A stretch of DNA of 22,160 nt, taken from contig NW_021837008.1 of the NCBI RefSeq assembly GCF_006345805.1, forward strand, positions 1 to 22,160. The letters run 5' to 3'. Positions 1 to 8,548 of the stretch are shown one piece after another (the stretch's first letter is position 1; the number at the start of each line of letters is the position of its first letter). A model generated the notes under the pieces. It ran no database searches, was not told the DNA's origin, and worked only from the letters and a program-made list of their open reading frames with translations. This DNA comes from Octopus sinensis. Its lineage: Eukaryota. Made by a program: the position numbers and the translations under genes.

Positions 1-103
1 GTAAGCATTGCCTACCATGGTCTTTGTCATACACTTTATTCGTTTCCGGAGTTTTTTAATTTGTTTTTTTTTTTGCTTTGCTTTACACTTTGGTGTTAAC
101 GTA

Positions 104-152
<49 letters not shown>

Positions 153-182
153 TTATTGTTATTATTATTATTGTTATTATTA
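104..182. repeat. (TTA)n microsatellite
   Basis: Direct reading; the source of the poly-Tyr/poly-Ile ORF 8..229. Confidence 0.95.
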
Positions 183-339
183 TGCGTTTTGTTGTTTTAT
201 TGTTATGTATTACGGTGATAGAATGTTGATATCTTCCCAATATACTACCGTAAAAAAAAGACGTTTATCTGAATAATAATTAACCAGTGATATTGTACTT
301 GCTACATGGGTAATAGATTTTTATTACCTTTCATTTTAT

Positions 340-443
340 TTATATGTGTGTGGATATATATATATATGTATATATATATATATGTATATGTTGTATATAT
401 ATATATAATATATATATAATATGTGTATATATATATATATACT

Positions 444-483
<40 letters not shown>

Positions 484-780
484 GTTTTATGTATGTTTTA
501 TGTATGCGTTTGTGTGCGCGTTTGTGCGTGTATGTGTATGTATGTAAATATGTATGTATAAGTGTAGTTGATTATACGTTTATGTATGGAAACACAAAAA
601 AACACACGAATATGTATACATACACATACGCACACATGTATGTATATATGTATATATACACATAAATGTATATACTCACACATACACACAAACACACACA
701 CACACACATATATATATATGTACTATGTATACATATGCATAATACCGCCCCTACCGCATATATATGTATATATAAAACAT
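340..780. repeat. Compound (TA)n/(TG)n/(CA)n low-complexity tract
   Basis: Direct reading. Similar tracts recur at ~6885-7010, 7180-7225, 7790-7975, 9340-9625, 10560-10990, 14035-14380, 17335-17700 and 21800-22160. Confidence 0.9.
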
Positions 781-1239
781 TTTATGACAGTGTAGGGCAG
801 CATGCACTGCCAACAGAACAAGTTTACTACAAGCCGTATTGGACATTAAAAGCATTTCGTTGGTAACGGTAAATTCTTCGTTTACTTAACTCTTTCATTG
901 TAATTCTGTGCACAAAGCGAATCGCCGCCATTACTCTCGAAACTGGTAAATGAAAAACTAAAGGAACAAACAAACAAAGAATCAAATAAAGACCGAAATT
1001 ACAAAGGAAGGAATGGTAAGAAGGGTGGAGTTCGGTGAAAATGAAGGGAACGAAGGTGAAGCAAGAAGAATTAAAGGAAGAATTAATCCTCAAAAGAATA
1101 AAGGTGAAAATAATGAAATGAAGAAGAAAAGTAAATTTACGATGCTAATATGTTATCGGTTGAAAGTTTTAGGTTAAGGCTAGCGATTTCGTGCGAGGAA
1201 TAAGTCCTTTACAACAACCCGAGTGTTCAACTAATATTT

Positions 1240-1350
1240 ATTTTATCAACCCCGAAAGGATGAAAGGCAAATTCGACCCCGGTGGAATTTGATCGCAGCA
1301 CATAAAGCCAGAAGAGATGTAGCTAAGGATTTTTTTCCGGTCGCTAAGGA
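1240..1350 (-). mobile_element. Degenerate family-A tRNA-derived SINE fragment
   Basis: ATCAACCCCGAAAGGATGAAAGGCAAATTCGACCCCGGTGGAATTTGA matches the body shared by the other family-A copies in the window. Confidence 0.75.
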
Positions 1351-1671
1351 TTTTTTTTCAAGCTCACTCTTTAGAGTAACGCTTCTTAAACTATGAATCG
1401 CGTCCCCAAAAGGGATCGCCAAGCAAAATGCTGGGGCCACGAAAATTAAATTCAAACGCTTGAATCTCAGTTTATATGTTATTTTACAAACGCACAAATC
1501 CTAAAACTACTTTTATTTTGACAAATAATATAACTACGTTTTTGTATGTATATTGTTCAGCAAAAAGGATAATAGTGTTTTAGTTCATATTTAATACCTG
1601 GGGTCCCAAAAGCAAAAATTAATCCTGATGAAAAATGGAGTCAGGAATGAAAAAAGTTTAAGTGCTGCTTT

Positions 1672-1860
1672 AGATGATAATATGATATTGGTTTCAAATT
1701 TTACATGACTCCAGTGAACAAGTGGTATTTATTTTATCAATCCCGAAAAGATGAAAGGCAAAGTCGACCCCGATGGAATTTGAACTTAGCACGTAAAACC
1801 AGAAGAGATAACGCGAAGCAATTTTTCCGGTGTGGTAACGATTCTGTTAGCTCACCCCTT
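1672..1860 (-). mobile_element. Family-A SINE, array unit 1
   Basis: Head (minus: GGGGTGAGCTAACAGAATCGTT, A-box-like), B-box-like AAGTTCAAATTCC, common body and TTTGAAACCAATATC tail. Confidence 0.8.
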
Positions 1861-2052
1861 TAGATGAAAATATGATATTGGCTTCAAATTTTACATCGAC
1901 CCCAGTGTTTCACTGGTACATATTTATCGATCCTGCAAACATGAAACGCAAAGTCGTTCACGGTGGAATGTGAAATGAAAACATAAAATCAGTAGAAATA
2001 ACGCTAAGCGTTCTCTCCGTTGCGCTAACGATTCTGCCAGCTCGCACCCTTA
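1861..2052 (-). mobile_element. Family-A SINE, array unit 2
   Basis: Head GCGAGCTGGCAGAATCGTTAGC on the minus strand; same tail and internal deletion as unit 1. Confidence 0.8.
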
Positions 2053-2282
2053 CCTGATACTATGATATTAGTTTCAAATGTTGGCACAAGATCAGTTATT
2101 TCAGTGTAGGGGTAAGCCAATTACATTGGACCCCAGTGGTCAACCGGTAATTATTTTATCGAGCCCGAAAAGAGGAAAGATAAAGTCGGCCACGGTGGTA
2201 TTTGAACTCCGAACGTGAAAACGGATGAAATGCCGCTAAGCATTTTTTTCAGCGTTATAACGATTCTGCCAGCTCACCGCCT
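2053..2282 (-). mobile_element. Family-A SINE, array unit 3
   Basis: Head AGGCGGTGAGCTGGCAGAATCGTT, B-box GAGTTCAAATACC, body and tail (minus strand). Confidence 0.85.
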
Positions 2283-2563
2283 AACATAACAATAATACTG
2301 GTTTCAAATTTTGGCACGAGACCAGCCAGTGTGGGGAAGAAGATAACTCGTATAACTCTGGATCTCTTAATTCCCAAAGCCAGTGTGGGAGAAAACATTA
2401 CACCGACTCTAGTGTTTAAGTGGTACATATTTTATTGCTTTCACCCCAAAGATGAAAGGCAAAAATCGTCCCCGGTGGAATTTGAACTCTGATCGTTCAG
2501 TCCGAAGAAATGGTGTTAAGCATTTTGTCCCGTGCGGTAACGATGCTTCCAGAAGGCCGCTTT
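2283..2563 (-). mobile_element. Family-A SINE, array unit 4 (diverged)
   Basis: GAGTTCAAATTCCACCGGGGACGA...GCCTTTCATC body and tail TGCCAAAATTTGAAACCAGTATT on the minus strand. Confidence 0.75.
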
Positions 2564-2574
2564 AGGTGGTAATA

Positions 2575-2975
2575 ATTATATTCTTTTCTACTCTTGGCAC
2601 AAAGCCCGAAATTTTTGGAGAGCGGGGCCAAGCGATTAGATCAACCCCAGTACGCAAATGGTACTTAATTCATAGGCCCCGAAAGGATGAAAGGCAAAGT
2701 CGACCTCGGTGGAATTGGAACTCAGAACGTAGCGGCAAACGAAATACCTATTTCTTTACTACCCACAAGGGGCTAAACACAAAGATGACAAACAAGGACA
2801 AACAGATTAAGTCGATTATATCGACCCCAGTGCGTAACTGGTACTTATTTAATCGACCCCGAAATAATGAAAGGTAAAGTCGACCTCGGCAGAATTTGAA
2901 CTCAGAACCTATCGGCAGACGAAATACCGCTAAGCATTTCGCCTGGTGTGCTAACGTTTCTGCCAGTACGTCACT
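2575..2975 (-). mobile_element. Composite family-A SINE (headed unit ending GTAAAGAAATA fused to a headless unit)
   Basis: The body occurs twice (2635-2748 and 2815-2975); junction CGAAATACC|TATTTCTTT at 2748/2749. Same architecture at 13006-13423. Confidence 0.9.
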
Positions 2976-3097
2976 TATATTGTAAATATTAATTATATTG
3001 TTAAGAAAATGCCGGTCTCAGGAAATTCCTGGAATCACGAGTTTTGAAACTTGCAAGATTCCAGACAGAGACGAAGTGTAGGTAAGTACGTTATCAC

Positions 3098-3296
3098 CAA
3101 TATCCAAAATGCTGGTTCTAGCACTCGTACAGTAAAAATCTTGTGCTCTGAGTTCCGTGTTTTCCGGTGTCTGCGGAAGCACCCTTTTGTAATTCCGGTT
3201 TTACTCTCAGCAGCAACGTATACAACATTGCCATCGATTCCGAGATATTTAATTCTCCTCATCCTCAGACAGAAGAGAGATAGACAAGTCATTGAT
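3098..3296 (-). pseudogene. Relic of non-LTR retrotransposon reverse transcriptase (thumb region), R4/Dong-like
   Basis: Minus strand reads INDLSISLLSEDEEN-[frameshift]-KYLGIDGNVVYVAAESKTGITKGCFRRHRKTRNSEH..FTVRVLEPAFWIL, resembling the YKYLG...K..I.KEY.RR.RKI..SEL...FAVPVL...FGIL pattern of RLE-clade RTs. KYLG lies at 3239-3250. Confidence 0.7.
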
Positions 3297-3385
3297 GTAT
3301 AAGTACCAGCTGAGTACTGGGGCTGATGCCATGGACATATCATCACACTTAAAATTACTGCGTTTGTGCCGAAATTTGAAACCGT
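3297..3385 (+). mobile_element. Family-A SINE 3' half
   Basis: AAGTACCAGCTGAGTACTGGGG...TTTGTGCCGAAATTTGAAACC matches the 3' part of the family; directly followed by the next head. Confidence 0.7.
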
Positions 3386-3389
3386 TTAC

Positions 3390-3600
3390 GGCGGCGAGCT
3401 GGCAGTATCGTTAACACAAGGGGCAAAATGCTTAGCGGCATTTTGTTCGTTTTACGCTCTGAGTTCAAATTCTACCGAAGCCGACTTTACCTTTCATCCT
3501 GTCAAGGTCGATAAAAGAAGTACCAGTTGCATACTGTTGGAGATGTAAGCCTCTTAAACTTCCACCGAAATTGCTGGCCTTGTATCAAAATCTGAAACTC
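3390..3600 (+). mobile_element. Full-length family-A tRNA-derived SINE
   Basis: GGCGGCGAGCTGGCAG head, B-box GAGTTCAAAT at 3461-3470, body, tail running into (CTT)n/(ATT)n. Resembles the octopus tRNA-derived SINEs (OK/OR1/OR2 type); exact family not assigned. Confidence 0.9.
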
Positions 3601-3612
3601 TTCTTCTTCTTC

Positions 3613-3710
<98 letters not shown>

Positions 3711-3727
3711 TCATTATTATTATTATT
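3601..3727. repeat. (CTT)n then (ATT)n microsatellite: SINE tail and insertion target
   Basis: Direct reading. Confidence 0.95.
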
Positions 3728-4277
3728 GAGTGAGAGGGCAGAACGTCAAAGTGACACTGGGGTAAAATTTACGAAGCCCAGTATACCCATCATGACTACC
3801 CGTCTGATAAGGGTACACCAGGCACATGCATCACAACCATATGTGTGCGACATGGTTATGTAATGTCAAGATAAGCAGCACATGACCTTGCAGGTGGGGC
3901 CCAGTTAGAATTTTCTTCAGGTCAAGTATCCCATCCTGCTCAAAAGGTCCCTGAATAAGGGTTGTTTAAGGATGTTGAACAAAAAACCCATGTTTCCAGG
4001 GGTGAATTATTCAAACTCCAAAGAATCCCTCTCAACACATGGCTATGATGCTCCCCCACTACTTCTGCTCATGATCAGAGATGCACATATCGTCAGCCAC
4101 TAAGGGACATGCTCAACTGGTTAAGGTCAAACGTCTGATAAGCAAATCTGTGGTATTGAGCAGAATATTTGCTGTAGCCCATCTTTTATACCAAGACAAA
4201 ACAATGTACATGATAACACTTGCAATCAGTTAAGATCAGAAGCCATGAGAGCCACTGCCTGGTACTGCATCAGGGCA
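3728..4277 (-). mobile_element. ~550 bp non-coding, non-autonomous retroelement inserted in (TAA)n
   Basis: Flanked by (TTA)n on both sides; a second, truncated copy at 5344-5426 has the same terminus next to (TTA)n; no ORF and no tRNA head. Orientation inferred from the end retained in the truncated copy (CTCTCACTC-AATAATAAT). Confidence 0.75.
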
Positions 4278-4278
4278 T

Positions 4279-4380
4279 TTATTATTATTATTATTATTAT
4301 TGTTGTTGTTGTTGCTGCTGTTGTTGTTGTTTTTGTTGTGTTTGTTGTTCTATTCTTCTTCTTCTTTTTTTCTTCTTGCC
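4279..4380. repeat. Trinucleotide gradient (ATT)n > (GTT)n > (CTT)n, tail of the adjacent LINE fragment
   Basis: Direct reading; lies 3' of the RLE fragment on the minus strand. Confidence 0.85.
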
Positions 4381-4384
4381 TTTG

Positions 4385-4720
4385 CACAGCTTCTAATGCT
4401 GGGGATGTACTACGGTGTCAGCTATTCACTACCAGTGATCTAAAGTAACACGCCTTATTTTTTGAGCACCAGCCGGAGTATTCGAGCGGTTCCAAGCAGT
4501 GCTGTTTTCTGCAAGTGCTCCACCCTTATTGCAGCCCCTATTTGTTCCATGTACTTCTCGAGATTTTTGCTCATTTTTCCCAGGGATCCGACAATTATTG
4601 GTACTACTGCCTCCTTTTTCGTCGACCACAACTGCTTTACCTCCCAAACTAACCTGTCACATCTATCGACTTTTCTTTCTTCCGTATCGCATACCTTGTT
4701 GCGTCACACAGTATACAATA
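4385..4720 (-). mobile_element. R4/Dong-type LINE 3' fragment A (restriction-like endonuclease C-terminus + 3' UTR)
   Basis: Open frame 4703>4455: RNKVCDTEERKVDRCDRLVWEVKQLWSTKKEAVVPIIVGSLGKMSKNLEKYMEQIGAAIRVEHLQKTALLGTARILRLVLKK*. This matches the E..K..Y..L..E...LW...VVP..VG.LG...LQK..LLG...ILR pattern of RLE-clade elements. Confidence 0.85.
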
Positions 4721-4724
4721 TCGT

Positions 4725-5198
4725 GAGGCTGTTAAATGAAGATATAGTGTCCACCGGAAGATTTGTGCTCTTTGTCAAGTCACAACAAGGATCTCAGACA
4801 GACAATACTATGCGCAATATGTGTGCAGCTCCAAATAACGCCGACTTTTGCAATACATCTCAACTGTAGGGTATCTCTACGGTTTTCAGATGTTTCTTCA
4901 GATTGGGTGGTTTTCAACCCAATGCTCTGATCACAATGGGGTTAACTTCTATGTTTGACTCTCATAGTTACCACATCTTGGCGATCTCAATTCTCAGGAC
5001 TCCATATTAATCAACCTTTTCTCTTTCTTTCCTGATGATGTGTTGATCTCCTGCCACATCGATTATTAGGCCCTCTTGTTTGTCCCTCCTAAAGATCACT
5101 ATATCCGGCCTTCGGTACTCTGTCTGTTTGGAAATCCCAGAGGATTTTTGCCCTCTCCTTTTCGAACATTACCTTTTTCGGTGTAAGTTGGTACCATT
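4725..5198 (-). mobile_element. R4/Dong-type LINE 3' fragment B (PD-(D/E)xK restriction-like endonuclease), decayed
   Basis: WYQLTPKKVMFEKERAKILWDFQTDRV-[frameshift]-RRPDIVIFRRDKQEGLIIDVAGDQHIIRKEREKVD*YGVLRIEIAKMW*L*ESNIEVNPIVIRALG*...LQKSALFGAAHILRIVLSV*. PD at 5103-5108; terminal stop at 4794-4796. Confidence 0.88.
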
Positions 5199-5208
5199 GT
5201 CATGTGAA

Positions 5209-5327
5209 GGCGGCGAGATGGCAGAATCGTTAGCACGCTGGACGAAATGCTTCGCGGTATTTCGCCCGTCGCTACGTTCTGAGTTCAAATTCCCCCGAGG
5301 TCGACTTTGCACTTCATCCTTTCGGGA
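5209..5327 (+). mobile_element. Family-A SINE 5' part
   Basis: GGCGGCGAGATGGCAGAATCGTTAGCACGC...GAGTTCAAATTCCCCCGAGGTCGAC, ending in (TTA)n. Confidence 0.9.
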
Positions 5328-5343
5328 TGTTATTATTATTATT

Positions 5344-5426
5344 GAGTGAGAGAGGAGTGCATGCCATCAAAGTGATACTGGGGCAAAATATACGAAGCCC
5401 AATATACCCATCGTGACTACACGTCT
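5344..5426 (-). mobile_element. 5'-truncated copy of the (TAA)n-inserted element at 3728-4277
   Basis: GAGTGAGAG...CATCAAAGTGATACTGGGGCAAAATATACGAAGCCCAATATACCCATCGTGACTAC aligns with 3728-3805. Confidence 0.85.
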
Positions 5427-5429
5427 ACA

Positions 5430-5430
<1 letters not shown>

Positions 5431-5511
<81 letters not shown>
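5431..5511. repeat. (CTA)27 microsatellite
   Basis: Direct reading. Confidence 0.95.
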
Positions 5512-5754
5512 TGGGAAAAGCTACTTAGAAGTGGTGGAGTTATGAAAATCATGATAATGATTGTGATATTGACGTCGACGACGATAACCATGACGATGAT
5601 GGTGATGATAATAAAGGCAAAGGAGATGGCGATGTTGGGAGTGATGATTCGGTGATGATTAAATTGTAAAAGTTTCCATATAATATTTTTTCCTTCGCTA
5701 GAAGGTCAACTACATGTTTTAATTAGTGCTAAATACCTCCATACCTCCATCCCC

Positions 5755-5906
5755 GTCGTCATCATCGTCATCATTATTATCATCATCGTCATCGTCATCA
5801 TCACCACCAACAACAACAACAACAACACCACCACCACAGTCATCATCATCGTCATGATCATGATCATGATCATCATGATCATCATCTACATCATCGACAT
5901 CACCAC

Positions 5907-5944
<38 letters not shown>

Positions 5945-5992
5945 CCATCATCATCACCATCATCATCACCACCGTCATCGACATCACCACCG

Positions 5993-6055
<63 letters not shown>

Positions 6056-6141
6056 CCATCATCATCACCACCATCATCACCACCGTCATCGACATCACCA
6101 CCGTCATCATCTTCATCATCATCATCATCATTATCATTATC
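5755..6141. repeat. (ATC)n-dominated compound microsatellite with ACC/AAC variants
   Basis: Direct reading; the source of the poly-Ile and poly-Met ORFs. Confidence 0.95.
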
Positions 6142-6886
6142 TGTGCCCTATCGAGTGTGACATTTCATTTAGAACGGCATCTTAATAACTCACAACGTTA
6201 ACATTATTATGAACGTAATGCTTATTGTCCTCCTCTTCCACCACCTCCTCATCCTCCTCCTCCTCCTTCTCATCATCATCGCCATCATCATCTATACAAT
6301 AAAGAACCAGTCAAATACTTGAGTCTCTAAAATTATTCGCCTTCTGTCAAGGTTAGGAAGACTAATTCGTATTAACATAGTCGTCAACGTTGTCACCGCC
6401 GCCGCCGCCACCACTATCACCACTACCACCATAACTGACACCACCACCGCCGCTGTCTTCGTCGTCGCTTTCGTAATTGTTGTTCTTGTTTTACAGCACA
6501 GCTTCTGGCTCGTATCCATAGTCATTTCTGGATTCAGTTTCCATAATGGGCTAACATTCCAAATGCACTTTCTTCCCCGACACAAATAGGTTTGTGCTTA
6601 TATTCTTTTCTTGCTAGATTATTGCACTTACTTGAAAGCGTTAAGCTTCCGACAATTTCTCCAAGAAGTCTGCGTTTGTCATCCGACAGTTTGATGCGTG
6701 GGTAATTCTCAAACGTCAGATATAGTAAAAACAGTGTAGATTTTCGTTCGTTTTATGTTCGAAAACCATATCCTATCCAGAAAGTCTGTCTTTACTATGA
6801 CGGTCCCTAAATCACGCACTCAAATGAAATTGTGACATTTTAAATTTCGAAGTCACTTTCAATAAAATTATAAATATTTACACACG

Positions 6887-6936
<50 letters not shown>

Positions 6937-7863
6937 GATATATATATATATATATATATAATATATATATATACATGGATGTATAAAGATATCTATATAT
7001 ATATAAAAGTTAAATAATGAGGGTAGAAATTAATATTATTAATTAATATCAATTTAAACCAGTGGCCTAGCATACTTAGAAAATGTTCTGAGGTTTACTA
7101 AAATTTTGAGAACATATTCTAGGTGGTAAGGCGCCTTCTTCTAGCATATTAGGAATCTACCTTGGAGCTATTTCTCTTATATACGTATGTATGTATGTAT
7201 GTATGTATATATATATATATATACGTTTATATATTTGTTGTGCAAGATTTTTTACGTGAAATCGTGTGTTGAAACAGACATTGTTGTATTTCGGAATGGT
7301 CATTCTATTTATTACATTAATCTTAATCTTATTTCGGCCAGAAAGATCTATCTCCTGCTTAGCTACAATAGCGCCACACCATCGGCTACGTAACACTGGT
7401 TACAAAATACTCCCATATTTTAAATGGGGACCGGCGTGGTATTAGTGAAGCTAGACTGGTGGAACCTGCATCTTCTTGTACCTAACGTGGAAAGAAATTT
7501 TGGCTGGAACCTGTATATTAGCACAAGTACTCACATCCACATACGTGTGTGTGTATGTGCGTATGTCGTGTGTATCTACGTAGATACAACATACACACGC
7601 AGACGTATATATATATATATATATATAAGTAAACAGTTAGTACGATCACTACTACGACTACTACACCACTACAACAACAACAACTACTAGTTACAAGGTT
7701 AGATGTAAGTCGGGTTCTTATGTACCTATTTTCCACCACTCAGCAAAATGACCAATACAACTGCTGTTTCAAGTCGGCTTGCGTGTAAGCGTATATATGT
7801 ATGTATGCACACATGCATATATATATATATATTTATATTATATATATATATAAAATATATATA

Positions 7864-7916
<53 letters not shown>

Positions 7917-8076
7917 TATATATAAACATATATATATATACATATATATAAACATGCACATACATACGTACACCGCGTACATATTGAGAGGCACTTATTC
8001 CTTTTGTCTTAATATAACCTTCCTAGACCAAAGATTTCGGGTTAGGATGGCGTGATCTTATAAGTTTCTGGCTTGT

Positions 8077-8115
8077 TACTACTACTACTACTACTACTAC
8101 TTACTACTACTACTG

Positions 8116-8152
<37 letters not shown>

Positions 8153-8232
8153 CTAATAATAATAATAATAAAAATAATAATAATAATAATAAGGATAATA
8201 AGGATGATAATAATAATAATGATAATAATAAT
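8077..8232. repeat. (CTA)n then (TAA)n microsatellite
   Basis: Direct reading. Confidence 0.95.
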
Positions 8233-8548
8233 ATAGTTGGATGTGGTTGTTGTGGTGGTGGATGGTGGTAGTAGTATTAGTGGTAGCAGCATCATTACCG
8301 CTTTTCTTTTAATTCGTCTTCAATTGAGGAAGTCAGAGTATTAATTCGGAAGGAAACCATGTCAGCAAGATTTTTATAAGTTTGTTTGGACCTGAGTTGT
8401 TCACACACACACACAAAGACCACAAATACACACAGACAAGCACAGACAAGCACGCACACATATATTCATACATACATACACACATACAATAATACATACA
8501 TACATACATACATACATACATAAATATATACATATATATATATATATA

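Noticed and set aside
1-6. Window begins with GTAAGC, a splice-donor consensus
   Set aside because: No upstream exon is visible, so it cannot be evaluated and may be chance.
791-868. Possible 72/78-nt exon (GACAG|TGTAGG...TTG|GTAACG), CRAACTANRTSLLQAVLDIKSISL or VGQHALPTEQVYYKPYWTLKAFR
   Set aside because: Weak polypyrimidine tract and no recognisable peptide.
962-1180. Purine-rich open frame (MVRRVEFGENEGNEGEARRIKG...)
   Set aside because: Low-complexity GAA-rich DNA; no splice context or homology recognised.
1620-1650. CTGATGA...GTC resembling a hammerhead
   Set aside because: No GAAA after a stem II, and stem I does not pair.
1672-2563. Repeat-spacer appearance suggestive of a CRISPR-like array
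   Set aside because: Units are ~190-280 bp diverged SINEs in a eukaryotic context, with no short identical repeats or cas genes.
3082-3210. Apparent perfect 129-nt plus-strand intron (AG|GTAAGT ... TTTTACTCTCAG)
   Set aside because: The sequence is better explained as the antisense of an RT relic; the spliced product is not recognisable.
3390-3480. tRNA-like A and B boxes (also in other SINE heads)
   Set aside because: They continue into SINE bodies and do not form a complete cloverleaf; not called as tRNA genes.
5854-6201. Poly-Ile / poly-Met ORFs
   Set aside because: Translations of the (ATC)n microsatellite.
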